From NCBI GenBank assembly GCA_965153455.1, contig OZ234494.1:3782001-3846000 (forward strand): 64,000 nucleotides of DNA, read 5' to 3'. Below are positions 1-14,109 of this stretch, in pieces. The notes below the pieces were generated by a model. That model was not told the DNA's origin, did not search any database, and saw nothing but the letters and a program-made list of their open reading frames with translations. Position numbers and translations under genes: made by a program. Within the stretch, counting starts at the first letter, position 1, and every line of letters starts with the position of its first letter. The DNA is from Sphagnum compactum (taxonomy: Eukaryota).

Positions 1-1971
1 CATTGATTAAAAAAAAGATTTAGCCAAATTTGGCTACAAAACAAAATGAAAATAATTGTTTTAAACATCCTTTCATATTTTTGGCTATCTACTTGAACCA
101 TGTAAAAACTCTAGTGATTTTTCTTAAATTTTTGTCAAATTTTAGCTATTGAAAATTCTCCAAAAAATGACATAATTAACATTTTTAACTTTTAAAGTTA
201 TATATAAAGTCATGAAAAAAAAAAGTTGTGATTGATGGTTGTTTAAGATATTAGACCATTACAAATTCCACAAAAAACAAAATTCATTAATCTAATTCAT
301 TTGGCCATATAATTAATTTATTAAATAGGCTAGGTAATAAGGTAATTAATTAATTAGGTAGACTAAGTAGTAGGTAGTATGTATGTGGGCTAAGTAATAA
401 AAATTATATTGTGTTCATAGTACATATGATAGTGTTTTTATATTAATTATTACTTAACTTTAAATAGGCTATGTAATTAATTTATTAAATGGGCTAAATT
501 TCAAATTTGTAATTTTTCACAATTTGCAAACTAAGTATAGTACAATGTGGAACTCCATTGGCTTTGGAAAATATTCAAAAAACTAATTGATCCACTATAA
601 TTGAATTTTTGGGCTTTCTAAATGGGTTTGTAAAACAACTTGAAACTCCCATTGTGACAATGCAACAAGATTTTCAAGTTGTAATTTTAAGAAGCCTTTT
701 TTTTTTTTTTATGTGCTTTGGAGTTAATATAATCAATCATGGATTTATTGTTACTAGGCTTTTTAATCCAACTTTAGAATTATCCACAACAAATGGCTTT
801 TTGGCACGTTGCATTAAATTTACAAAAGTCCACAAAATTTGAATTTTAAATCATATTTGAAAATCTTTTGTGAAACAATACGGTTTCCTCTAACAACCCA
901 ATTGTGAAAACATAGTCAAAATTTCATGTTGTCTTTGGTTTGTATGTGTTTTATAGTTGAAATTTTTTATGTAGAAAATAGACCAAATAGGCCAATTGTG
1001 ATATTATCTTTTTGGGCATTTTCAAAATAATAGATATTTCTTAAAGGGACTACATTAATGGATTGTAAATGACCACATAATGTGGTACTTGGGCCTTTAA
1101 AATCATCTTTCAAAATCCTCTTTCAAATACAATGCCTTATCACAATAGGATTTATGTGTTTTCCTAATCATATTTATAAAACTAATGGTATATGTTATTG
1201 CACGTGAAAAATAATTGGGGACTTTGAATCCTACATAATAGCCCTACTATGATGGTACAATTGGCTTTTTGGGTCTTCATTATTTGTTTATTTTTTATTT
1301 TAAGTTATCGTTATGTTGGTCCATTGTAGCCATTACGAACACTAGGACAATTTTTTTTGATGAAAATAATCTTTGGATCTTTTACTTTTTGTCTCTCTTC
1401 TTGATTTATAAATTTTCAATGGATAAGGGGAAGAACAAGGCAAGTGGAGTTATTGTGAGGTTTGTGAAAGGAAAAAATGTATCACATTCTAATCAAAGAA
1501 CACATGATGGCTGATATGGACCCATTCCTGAAGTGATGCATCAAACTACAAGAAATCATGGCTCATTTGACCAAAAATTCTAGTCGAAATCAACCTATTT
1601 GTGCCAATCGCCAACTTGATTAGTTAATCATATTGGACGAGTTGATTTAAACATGGCCATTTTGATTGATGGTTTTTTTTACCAAGGGAGTGATGGGTTT
1701 TTTGGTTAATTAATTTGATCGCATGTCAAATTTGATTAACAACCAACATGAATAAGTGACAATTTAATAATGGTCAATGTGGTAGTCAAAATGGCCATTG
1801 CATGTGGGATAATCTTGGTGCATTTTGTTTGACACTTGTCATTAGATGCTAGTAGATTAATTCATTGCCACATGTCGTCATGTAGTTAATATTTGATTAT
1901 CATGTGTTACTATATTTATGGTTTATAATCATGGCTTTTATGTGTTGATTGTGTGATCTTTCATAATGATA

Positions 1972-3787
1972 CTAGTGGGTACCCGTGACCTTCGGACACT
2001 GTGAAGTCCCCTGGTTTCTTTAAACCAAAAGAGACACACACAAAGGCGCAAAACAGCTAATTTTATTTTTATTTTATTTATATTGTGTGACGAAAATCCG
2101 TTGAAAAGTCCCCCATGAAAACATACATGGTGAAGCGAGCATTTTGAAAAATTTCCAAAAAAAAAACTAAATCGTCACATTTCCAGGAGGGGGAAAAAAA
2201 GAGTTTTGAAATTACCACATTTTGAGGAGAAAAAAAACAGGTTTTGAAATCACTGAAATTTGTGGAGGATTTGGGCAGATTCCAAGCTTTCTTCTTTTGA
2301 AACGCGTTTATGAAGGGCGTGCTAACCGTAACCCCCTTACCCCCAAGGAGGACGACCGGACGAACAGACACCTAAAATATTATATATAGTGGTTACCCGT
2401 GACCTTCGAGCACTGTGAAGTCCCCCGGTTTCTTTAAACCAAGAGAGACACACACAAAGGCGCAAAGCAGCTAATTTTATTTTTATTTTATTTATTTTTT
2501 GTGACGAAAATCCGTTGAAAAGTCCCCCGTGAAAACATACATGGTGAAGCGAGCATTTTGGAAAATTTCCAAAAAAAAAACTAAATCGCCACATTTCTAG
2601 GAGGGGAAAAAAAAGAGTTTTGAAATCACCACATTTTGAGGAGAAAAAAAACAGGTTTTGAAATCGCTGAGATTTGTGGAGGATTTGGGCAGATTCCAAG
2701 CTTTCTTCTTTTGAACCACGTTTATGAAGGGCGTGCTAACCCTAACCCCCTTACCCCCAAGGAGGACGACCGGACGGACAGACACCTAAAATGTTATATG
2801 TAGTGGGTACCCGTGACCTTCGGGCACTGTGAAGTCCCCCGGTTTCGTTAAACTTGGTTCATGTTTTAGTTTTTTCTAGAAACTTTTATCTTGTTTATTT
2901 TTTATTTTTATGTGTTTTCTGTTTTTATTATTATTTTGTATAATAAAAATAAAGTGTTTATTTTTCACTTTTATATTTTTGTTTATTTGGATGCAAGTTT
3001 GAAGTTTGGAGAAAGAAGACACACCTCATTCTTTTTCAAGTAAGGTTTTTCTTCATTATTATAAGTTTTATTTTTTCTTATTTTTTATTCTTTATTTGAT
3101 TTCTTCATTTTTGTAAATTTTTTTTCTTTTAAAATTATTATACTGTATTTCCCTTTCCTTGTTTCATTTGTTTCCATTCCTTTTTTATATTTTTTGCATT
3201 TTTACTTTTTTTTTGTTTATGTTTCTTTCATGTTTTTATTTTTTCAATTCTTATTTTGTCTATCTTTATTTATTTTTTATTTTTATGCATTTATTTATTT
3301 ATTTTGTTTCTATTTTCTTTTTCAAAAAAATTCTAGTTTTTCTAATATGTTTTATAATGAAAATAATTTTTAAAAACTTTTGTATTTTTGTTTGATTAGA
3401 TGCAGGTTTGAAGTTTGGAAAAAGAAGACAAACCTCATTTGTTTTTTCAAGTATGGTTTTTTTTCTGTTTCTTTTGCTCTTTGTTTTGTTTCTTATTTTT
3501 TGTCATCTGCTTTTTAATTTTCTTTTAAGATTATTTTACTGTATTTCCCTTTCTTGTTTCATGTTTAAATATATTTATTTTATAGGTTTTCATTTTGTTT
3601 CTATTTTTAAGTGTTTTAAAAAAGTTTCTAATTGTTAAAATGTTTGGATAAACTGCTGCCGCCGCCATGAGTCGTCGTCCTCCTCCCGTTCCATCATCTT
3701 CTTCTTCCGGGCTGAGGAACTTGGATGGATGGATGACGGGACGGATGGATGGAAAGGACGACCACCCAAGGATATTATATAAGTAGA
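1972..3787 (-). mobile_element. Head-to-tail array of three non-autonomous Helitron-like units (414 bp, 414 bp, ~985 bp)
   Basis: On the minus strand each unit ends in a variant of GTGCCCGAAGGTCACGGGTACCCACTA(G), a GC hairpin followed by CTAG|T at 1975-1971. Each starts with (T)CTA(T/C)..TATAA(T/C)AT. Unit boundaries at 1973, 2387 and 2801 give an exact 414-bp period. The outermost 5' TC is at 3787-3786, but the flanking base is G rather than the canonical A. Confidence 0.72.
2990..3640. repeat. Internal diverged T-rich direct duplication (~410-bp period) in the long Helitron-like unit
   Basis: GATGCAAGTTTGAAGTTTGGAGAAAGAAGACACACCTCATT at 2990 vs GATGCAGGTTTGAAGTTTGGAAAAAGAAGACAAACCTCATT at 3399. 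Confidence 0.75.
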
Positions 3788-6452
3788 CATTGCTTATTTG
3801 ACCAAATCATGTCACGAATAGCCATATGTTATTATTAACTAATTTTGATTGATAATGTGGTGACTTATTTGACACAATCACATCATACAAACCATGGTTT
3901 ATTTGACTAATTTTTTATGGCAAATAATTGAACTATTTGACCAAATGACATTAGATTTATCAATGTCTTAATTGAGTAGATTTGGATGAAAAAATATGTT
4001 CGATTTGACCAAACTTTATCATACATCCCATTCATAACTAACTAATTGGATGATAATTTGAAAGACCTTTTTGACTAAATCATGTCACATCTATCTAGGA
4101 CTTAAATTAACTAGATTTGGATGAAAACATAATGTCCAATTAGATCTGACCAATTTTCATCAAATAAATCCGTGTTTTAATTGACTAATATTGGATGATA
4201 ATTACATATTAAACATTTTTTACCAAATCAAATCACACATGTTGATGTTTAAATTGACTAGTTTTTAATGTTTTTTCCCTATGGCATTTGTTCTTTCCAA
4301 CTACATTTGGTATGAACTCTAGAATTTGTTACTAACCCTAGTGCCAAAATTGAAATGTGGTAGTGTTTATCTTAACCATTCATGGTCTAAAAGATCACAC
4401 ACTTTACATTGGGTTTTAAGTAGCATTGGTTTTATGATATATGTTCACTTTGACTCATGTTGGTTTATAACATGTGGTTGACAACTATTTGAATTTTACA
4501 AATGGTAAAAAAGGAATAAGAAGTTTACATGTTCAAATAGTCACAAAGGCACTTGGTTGAAATTGAAGTTACATATAATGCCAACATGTCAACAATATGC
4601 TACTAACATTTGTAATTTCAAAAATTGTCCCATGTATTAACAATTTTCAACCATGGTTTATTATAAGTTAATGAATGTATATCATTAGCTACCTTAAGTA
4701 AATTGCAAGTTCATGTTGTACTTGCATACAATTATATCTTTCTGAAAGCAAAGGACAATGCCATTTGCCATGTCTTTCACCTTTGTACTAGTTAAGGTTG
4801 GAAATGGTAACTTCACTACCCTTTTCTTAATACCTATAACAATTGTCGTACAACACCTAGGTGGAATAGGATTACTAGGGAATTTCATGCGTGGCATGCC
4901 AGATATTTTTCCTATTACACATGGCAATTTGCTAAATAGGTCAAAGATGTCCACCTTCATCAAGTTGGTTTTTAAATTTACATGTAAACAAGCCACATTC
5001 AAGACTTTGTCATGATGATTATTTCGACCACCTACCATGGTGATACAAAACAATCTAAGTGGATAATCTATACTGGAGAGGAAATATATAATAGATAAGT
5101 TCATCTAACCAATAATACATGTATTCATTGTCATTAGCTTTGAAGATATAAATTTGCAATTGGGAATAAACTAAAAGGATCCTTTGAACTTTTGGCACCC
5201 TACCCCACCTATAGTGTCTGCACACTATAGTGACCTTACATGGATGTCACAATGGCAATTTTTCCTATATTCCTTAGATACAAAAAATAAAATAAAATAA
5301 AATTCATTAGAATATTTTGAAAAAGGACTCATTTATTTAAAGCCATCATAATCAATCTTTCAAAAATAAAAGAATCAAATCAAAATCATGGATACCAATA
5401 AGTAATGACTTTTGAATTTTGCCCACATTTTTTGTCACACCTACAAAACTCATGGATATGGACTTTTATCTTACAATGTGTTAATCTTATGTGTTTAAAA
5501 CTTTGAGATATTGGATGAATTATTTTTAAGAAACTAAAGATCCATTGAATGAATGGAATGCGATTTTAATTTATTATGTTATGAACTTTTTAAAATCCAA
5601 AAAACTATAATTATTTTTAAAGCATTTTTAAGCATTTAAAATTATTATTTAAAAAAATATTTTATGATATTTTTTATATGTCTTATAACATCATGATTTG
5701 AAATTGGAAATGGAAAAAAAGTTACTTTCAATATCGTCTAAATATTCATATTTTAAGCCATTTTTCAAATACATTTAAAAAAACTTTGGAAAGGGATTCT
5801 AATCCACCAAAATTGTGACACCCTAGTGTGCTTTCACCCCAATGACAATTTGCAAATTGTAGCAGCCATGATAATACTAGTCATAGAAACAAGAGCAAAT
5901 CAACCATATACTTCAACCTTCAAATTGTAGATTAAAACAATGCATCTACCAAGTTGTATTACTAGACAATATGATTTGGAAATTGATAAGTGTTTAATGC
6001 AACATACCTAAGCCTCCACAAATCCCAATTTACAAGGGGGTGGGTACATTAATGGTGTTTTCCTCAAAACTTTTGTTACCTTGGACTTGGAAATCCAAAT
6101 ATAACAAATGACTCATCAATTATTAGAAAGTTGTGGAAACAAAAAAAAAACATTGTTAAAAAAAAAGGTACTAAAATATCTATAAAATCATCTATCAACA
6201 ACAAATGATCAATTTGGAGTTCATTTTAAAAGAATCAATAAAACACACAATTCTTTAAAAAGACTAAGATTTTGATGCTCCAAAAAGTTGGTTATATAGA
6301 TTTTGACTTTCAATAACTAGGCAACACCAAAATATAGTGCACCTTTCACATTAAAAAATGGATTTTGATGGACTTCATGAATTGTCATTTTTGTTTCACC
6401 TTAAAATGTTTATACCCATGACATTATTTAGCCTAACCTAAGTTAGCCCCTA

Positions 6453-6525
6453 GTGTGCAAGTATAAGGACTTGAACCTTTCACTTGCATGAAAATAAACC
6501 AAGTTCTTAACAATTACACTACACA
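6453..6525 (-). other. tRNA-derived (SINE-like / pseudo-tRNA) fragment
   Basis: The minus strand reads TAGTGTAATTGTTAAG (A-box-like) ... AAGGTTCAAGTCCTT (B-box/T-arm). There is no convincing anticodon arm. Confidence 0.4.
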
Positions 6526-7116
6526 ATTATACGGTGATGAATTTTGTCAATTTATTTATTTCGCATCTTGTTATATAACCCTCCCCAAAGAATTCTTGGA
6601 CTTCCCCAGGGAGAGCTCAAAGCAACATTCCTTAGGGAGAACTTAGAGCCCTCCTTAAGGAACTTTTGTTATTATTTTAATTCATTACTCCTCCCCAACC
6701 CCATCTCTTCCCCTCCCCACCTTCCCTTTGAGGACACATCTTTTCCCCAACCCCATCCCCTCCTCGAGCTAACCTTCTCCTCGGGGAATGTCTTCCCCTT
6801 AGCCTGATCTCCTCCTCCATCCTTGCAACATGGTTTTACATGTTTTTTTTATTCTGAAAAATAATTTAAGGTTCTTCGCAAAACCCTTCTTCATAAAGAA
6901 GACTTCTTCCTACTATTTTTCATGTTATGACAAACAATTGTCATTGTTTCTAAGACCAATAGATCCTATAGTTGAACAAAAGGTCTCATTACATGAATAT
7001 GTCCTTTCCAATGAAACAAATTAATTATGTGGGTAACTAAGAAGGTAGGTAATATTTAGATAGCTTGTAAGTAGGTAGATATGTAAGTAAACAGGTAGGT
7101 GGTTCACCTACCTACC

Positions 7117-9845
7117 TATGGTAAAAATATGGTGAAAGGAACTAAGGGTGCCAAGGTAGTCATTTTTGAAGGATTGCATGTGACACATGGCATTCTTGTG
7201 TTGGTCTATAATCTTAAATTTTGTATTTTTCATACCCAATTCACCATTATGTGTAAAATATAAATATGTTTTTACTACATTTTAACCCTATGTCATGTAT
7301 ATTATGCATTAATGCCTTTTCCCACATAAAAGTGAATAACTTAAATTGTTAAAGTTACATGATCAAAATTCATACATTTCAAAGCCAAAAACATGTTTGA
7401 ATCAAATGCGCTCAAATTTGTTGTAAAAATGAATTACACCAATTACTATTTTATTCATCAATGTTAAAATCCTCTTTAATTTTGAGAATGAATGGTGCAC
7501 ATTTGGTAAGGCAAAATGATCTTTGGAAGAAAAAAAGATCATCCACTTCCCTAAGGAGATCATTTCAATTTTATTCCAAATGGAGTGCAAAAAATATAGG
7601 GTACAACTTATTGATAATAATAATAATAATTTATTTAAATATAAATAGGGGCCTTATAATTCATTATGAAAATATACTCAAAATATGCGTAATATGTTTT
7701 TAAATATACTTCAAATATATTTAAATTGTCATTTTCATAATAAACTAGAAAATATTGTTTTATTTCAGGTGTTTTTAAAATATATATAAAAGGTGACATT
7801 GTCCACTTTACATCATAAACTTAATGGGTCATGATTTGGCAATAATAGTCAAGCAAAATCAATTTTTCATAGGTTCATATGGAATAGACATAGATGTCAT
7901 TCATTTACTTGTGTTGTTTGAACATTGATGTTGTGCACATTGTTTAAACATGAATGTCATATGCTTATTCGTATTGTTTAACATGGATGTTGTATGTCTA
8001 TTTGTGTTATTTACACACAAAAATCATGCACACGATTTCTATGTTTAAATAATGCATGACATTCGTGTTTAAACAATACGAACCTATAAAATAACAAATT
8101 TCGCACGAATTTGAAATGAACCCATGAACCCTATAAATTTGTGATGTAAAGGTTTGAATGTTATAAATGTGTAAAAAAACTTTTGATATTCATCAATTTT
8201 GAGCATCAAAACTTTGCAAATAATGAAATTTAATCTAAAAAAATATTGACAATCTAAATTATTATGCTCTCCTTGTGAATTTTCAAAAATATAAAAATAT
8301 AATTTTAAGGAATGTCCACCCACTTAGATGGCTCCTTTAATTGTGTTCAATTCACCCCCTAGGTGAATGGCCTACTTAACCTGAATTGATAGCATACTTA
8401 CCTACCTACCATTTATTGTTTACCTACATACTTACTTAAGTAAATGGCTTGCCTAGCCTAAATAGATGACCTACTTACTTACCTACCTATCCAACTAAAT
8501 GGTTTACATTTTAGAATAAAAACACAATCAAAGGAGCCACCCAAATGAGAGGACAATCTTTAAAACTGCATTTTTGTATGTTTGAAAGATCACAAAGGAA
8601 ACATAATAATTTGGATTGTCATTAATTTTTTTGGAAGTTTCCATTAATTGCAAAGTTTATATGCTCAAAGTTTGACACAAATTAAAAATGTTTTTGCATG
8701 TTCAAATTACCACTCAAACCTTGAGAGTGGACAATTTTTTTTTTCTCAAACGTCTTTTTTTCCTACGAAATGGGTGCAATCACAATAAAAGGAGCCACTT
8801 GTGGCAAGGTCTAAATTTTTTTCAAGGACTAAACTGCACATGTGGCCTTTTTGTATTAGTTTATAATGCATTTTAAAAATAGTTTTTCAAGCTGGAAAAT
8901 GGTTGGATATCAAATTTGAGGCCAAATATGACCCAAAACATAATAAATAAATAATTTTTACATCATGCTCTACATTAGAATCAAATGTACAACTTTTCTT
9001 TTAGCCATGATGATAAATTATGAACTATTTTAGTCATTAAGCACATTTGAAACCATTTTAACCAATCATGTAAAAAGATTTCAATACAAGCATGTAAAAA
9101 TATTTTTGAATGATTGGACACATGGCCCACTTCTTGTGAAATATATTAGAGCTCATAAAAAATTTGAAAACATTTGATGAAGGTTTGAATAACAAAAAAC
9201 ACGTTCATATTTTATGGCTATTTTTAACACCTATCAACAAGTCCTTTGCATATGCAAAAGGACTTTCACAACACAATGAAATGACTTCAAATTCATAGGA
9301 TGATAACTTCATGACTAAATGAACATATGCAAAAAAATTATATTTTTATCATTTAAATGTTATATGTGATACATTGTCAAAGTAAATAGGGTACATAAAA
9401 AATTGACTATCAACAAGTCCTTTGGCTCCTTTAATTGTGATCCCACCCAAATGGGCACCATTTTTTTAAAAATTTGGAGAGGATTTTAACATTGATGATT
9501 AGAGGGGCAAAAAGACTTGAATTAATGAAAATCGTTAATATAACTAATTTGAACACATTTGGTTCAAATGTGTTTTTGACCTTGAAAATTATGGATTTTG
9601 AAAATGTGGCTTTAACAAAAGTTATTCATATTTATATGATAAAGGCATGAATGCATAATAAATATGATATAAAATCTATTTATAGTCAAAACTTATTTAT
9701 ATTTAACATGCCATGTTAAACCATGTGTCCAAAATATTAAATTTTAAGTTATAAACTAATACAAAAATGACACATTTCATGTGCAATCCTTGAAAAAGAA
9801 CTTTTACATTGGTGCCCCTAACTCCTTTGACCCTATTGTCACCCC
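7117..9845. mobile_element. Long-inverted-repeat (foldback/Mutator-like) structure with nested smaller inverted-repeat elements
   Basis: 7117-7510 aligns in reverse with 9445-9845 (e.g. TCATCAATGTTAAAATCCTCT vs AGAGGATTTTAACATTGATGA). 8200-8348 is inverted relative to 8520-8690. 8772-9448 is bounded by GGGTGCAATCACAATAAAAGGAGCCA and TGGCTCCTTTAATTGTGATCCCACCC. Confidence 0.65.
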
Positions 9846-11390
9846 TTACATATTTAGGTAGATGGTTTACCAATCTATCTATTTAATTAAGTAGATGGCC
9901 TACTTAACCTAACCTACATACCTATGTAGTAATTTAATTTAACTTATTACGCCTATTTAGTGTAGCCCACCTATTAACTAATAAATGAACTTGTACATTT
10001 TGAATTGCAATAACAAAGATTCCATGTGTCATTTAGTCAATTATGTATAGTTGCAAATATAGTTGTGAGAAAAACTTGGTTAACTATTAATGGATGCCAC
10101 CAATAATGGATGACATATGTTCACTTTTCATCAATCTTTTCATCTAAATTTGTGATAATCACAAATTGTAATCACATATGTGACTACAAGCATTTCCATC
10201 TATGGTGAGAAGTAGGACTCCTATAAGGATAGTCACAAAATGAGTTGATTTGGATAGTAATCACACATTAGTCATAACCATAGGATCGGAATGGACAAGA
10301 TTTCTTCTATTGTTAGCCCATTGTGTACTTTAATGAAAAATGGTTTAAAAACTAGTTAGGAATATATATTATGTAAATTGTTCTTCCATTAAATTTGCAC
10401 ATGGCTTAGGTTTTGGTTTTATTTACTCACAAAATTGAAATAGAGTTTTTGAATTAATAAGAAAAATGTATATCATTGCCAAATATGGTGTTTTAAACAA
10501 GTTTTATAATATGATTGTTATACATTTACTCAAAGAAACAAATATTATGAAACAATTTGATATTCATGATTTTTTTCATTTGTTTTATTTTAAAATTAAC
10601 ACAAGTCAACTAAGTATAAAATTTCTAAAAAGTTTCAAAATAAATGAATTTTATGTTTTGATGCATTCAATGGTTTATGTACATCCATAACATGCAAACA
10701 CCTTAATCTTGAGTAATTTAATTTATGTTTCAAATGTAGATATCTTAATCATGCTTGCACCTTTCAATTTTTTATTTTATTTTGTTTGCACATATGTTCG
10801 TTAAAATGTATGATATAATGGGTTTGTGTTTGTAGTCAACACAAAGGCACATATGAAGAGTTGGTAATACAAATTCAACCCCAAGAGATTTGCAGTATAA
10901 TTTTATTTTTCTTTACAAGGTTTTAATGATGAAATTGACATAATTATGAAAAACCTCAAGATAGTCTTCAAACATGGTTGGGAAATGTGTTCTTTATTTC
11001 AATGTCAATTACATGATGTGTTTATACCATGTGTTGTCAATTTGAAGTTAGTTATCAGTTCTATCGCTTTTGATTTTGTCATGTGTAGGTGATTTAATCA
11101 CAATTATGTGTGTTACGATTATCATGTGCATTGGTTGAAGTAAAGTTTAGTTGGGTTAGCATATGACTTTGTTGAATCCATAACATTTCTAAAACATTAA
11201 AGTTTTTAATTATTTCACTCTTGTAAGTTTGAACTTTTTATTTATTTATTCCTCCTATGCATGTTTGTTTGTGTTTTTTCAATTATGTCATGGGCATGTA
11301 CTTTTGTGTTTTTTGATTTTGTGAAATTTGATGGGTATTGAAACTTGAAGCTTTGAACTTGATAACTCAAGGATTTCATATTTGTTTTGG

Positions 11391-11597
11391 GTCTTCATTG
11401 TTTTTGCAAAGTTGTTGATTGTTTTCATTGTATTGTGTGAGATTTAGAAGAGGTTAATGTCTTCATTGTTTTTGCAAAGTTGTTGATTGTTTTCATTGTA
11501 TTGTGTGGGATTTATAAAAGGTTAATGTCTTCATTGTTTTTGCAAAATTGTTGATTTTTTTCATTGTATTGTGTGGGATTTATAAAGGTTAATGTCT
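11391..11597. repeat. Tandem repeat, 68-bp unit x3
   Basis: GTCTTCATTGTTTTTGCAAAGTTGTTGATT... starts at 11391, 11459 and 11527. Confidence 0.95.
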
Positions 11598-13292
11598 AAA
11601 AGTCTATTAAAATGGTCTATTGTGCTCAAATCCTTTTATGAGGACACATGTTGCAAAGGTGAAGGAAGATTCAATTGCAATTTTGAATAAAAATTGATGT
11701 CTTTAAGGTTGATCATAGCAAGTTAAATTGACTTATGGATCATAACTTCTCATTCATTTTTTGGTTACAAACATAATTGGGCATTGTTTTGAAACTAAAA
11801 CATGTGGCAAAACATGTGTCATTTGTTTCAAAACATGTATGCCATTTTGTTGTTGTCTTTCTATAAGTTTTGGGACAATTTTGTGATGAATAGGAAACCT
11901 AAATCAAAGATTGTGGACAATGTGTGATCACAATAAAATGAGTCGTTACCAAGAAGGTCAAAGTCCTTACCAAGGATTTCAATGTATATATGCCTTTCAT
12001 GTATTGGTTTATTAAATATTAAAATTACATTTTAAATATAAATTTGGGTTTTAAATTATAATTTTTGAATTAGATATTGATATTAAAACCAAATATGACC
12101 CATAATATAGTAAAGTTCATTAATTTTTGCATAAGCTTTACATTATAATTAAATGTATAACTGTGATCACAAATTTTGAACAAATTACAGTCACTAAGGA
12201 TGTTCAAAATTAGAATCACCAACATTTAATGGAAGATCCAATAATTATGCACCTAAAAATATCGACACATGTGACCTTTCTTATGAAGTATGTTAAAGTG
12301 CACAATGAATTAAAGAATTATTTGCTGAAGTTTGAGTAATTCAAAGTACATCCAATTTTAAGGCTATCAAAAAATATTATATCAAGGAGTGCTCTGCGTA
12401 TGATTTTTTTTTTTAATAACATATTGAATGACTTGAAATTCATGAGATTTCAACTTCATGAATAACAAACACAATTTCAAAATATGGACAAATATTTCAT
12501 TAAATAAAATAAATCATTTTTTTTCAAAATAATGTGGGTACAAGTTTTCAGTGCAGTTATTTCTATTGAATTGTATATGAAATTACATCCTTTTCAAAAT
12601 ACCTTTGCCCTTATACCACTAATTGCCATGTTTGGGAAAGTAGATTGTACTATATCTAGAGATTCAAGAATTATTTTTATAAATTCAAGACATTACCCAA
12701 AAAGGTCAGAAAAAATTCAAAATACATAAGGTTGGGATCACATGTTCCTTTAAATATAGATTCTCATATAACATTGATATGTACCAATGTCGGCAAGTTC
12801 CATGACTTGAATTGGTAAACTTGAGAGTTCAAGTTTAGGTTCTTGGACTTCAACGTGAACCAACACCTATTTGGTAGAAATGGCACAAGAATTGGATTGT
12901 GGAACTAACCTTTTGCTAGTATCAAAACTAAAACCTTGAAAAAAATCTTCAAAATAGGTTTAGGACTTTTAGATAAGCAAGTTGAACTTTTTTGAAGTTG
13001 AAATAATTAGTTGTAAACCTTCATACGTAGATACAATCCCGATTCTAACTTGTGAATTTTCATATTGATACAATCTTCAAGCTTGGGGAGGTGTAATGTG
13101 TACATGGAATTGGACCTGAAGGTTCTTCAAACTGAAAAATGAAAACACAGGAAAAGATACTGATTGGATTTGATTAGATGCCAATTTTTAGCAAATAGTT
13201 TAAAAATATGGCGCCCAGCAGGAACTAAGAACCACTCTAGCAACCAGTGGGCTTATTCAAGAGCATTGAAAGTGTCGAACTTGTATACTTAC

Positions 13293-13582
13293 TAGTGTGT
13301 TGTGGTTCTCTCTCTTTCACAGAAAGAACCGAGGATTGATGGTTGGGTATATGAACTTTGATCAGCAGTTCTGAAAGAATCAAAAGAGCTGATCAAAGAA
13401 CCTACTCTGGACCATCAATCTTTTCTGGTTCTTTCAGGAAACTGCTGGTTCTAGGGAAATTCTCAACAACCCAGAACAAGCAGTTATTTGAATCGGATTA
13501 AATGTTTTTTCTTTTCTGGGAGAATGTTCAAAAGGCCATAACCAGAGGTTATAACAAAAATCAAAGAACCAGCCCCACATGG
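13293..13582. mobile_element. hAT-type MITE with perfect 8-bp TSD
   Basis: ATACTTAC at 13285-13292 and 13583-13590. The ends are TAGTGTGTTGTGGTTCT and AGAACCAGCCCCACATGG, and AGAACC/GGTTCT subterminal motifs are shared with the large hAT. Confidence 0.8.
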
Positions 13583-14109
13583 ATACTTACCATACTGTCC
13601 AAACATTCACGAACCCAAAACCCAAAATAAGGAAGCTGCCAAGATTGATTTAAGTATATTTTATGTGCCCCTAAATTTTTTTAAAAACAAAAGGATACTA
13701 AAGATTCAGGTTAAAATAGCCTGAGCAAGTTTTACACCATGTAATCTGATACGCACTCAACAAAATTCAAAGTGATGACTACTTAAGCTCCTGTTTGCAA
13801 TTCATGGACATCAGAGTAATTATGCCAGTACTACAAATGTTCGGAAATAGTAAAGACATCTGCACTTCATCTAGAACCCATCTTGAAGAGCAGCATAAGC
13901 GAGATAAGCTCTATCAGTTCAATTGGAGCATAGATGCATGGGATAATTCATAAGAAGGGCCTCAATGCCTCATGCAGCATAAACTTCTGGGGTTAATATT
14001 TTCATTGGAACCCCAAGTTGATTAGAAAAGCAGGAAAAAGGCCAAAAAGAAGGACCCGGAACTAAAATGTCAGTGATGGGAAGAAGCCTATTGATCACCT
14101 TGTTCAAAT

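Noticed and set aside
2078..2785. Three similar minus-strand ORFs (MSVRPVVLLGGKGV...)
   Set aside because: They are chance frames in the 414-bp repeat, broken differently in each copy by homopolymer slippage.
1972..2853. Possible CRISPR-like repeat-spacer array
   Set aside because: The intervening sequences are near-identical long units, not unique spacers. The context is eukaryotic and there are no cas genes.
4694..5104. 136-aa minus-strand ORF
   Set aside because: No recognisable motif; it sits in CpG-depleted decayed TE-like DNA and may be a transposon remnant, but this cannot be supported.
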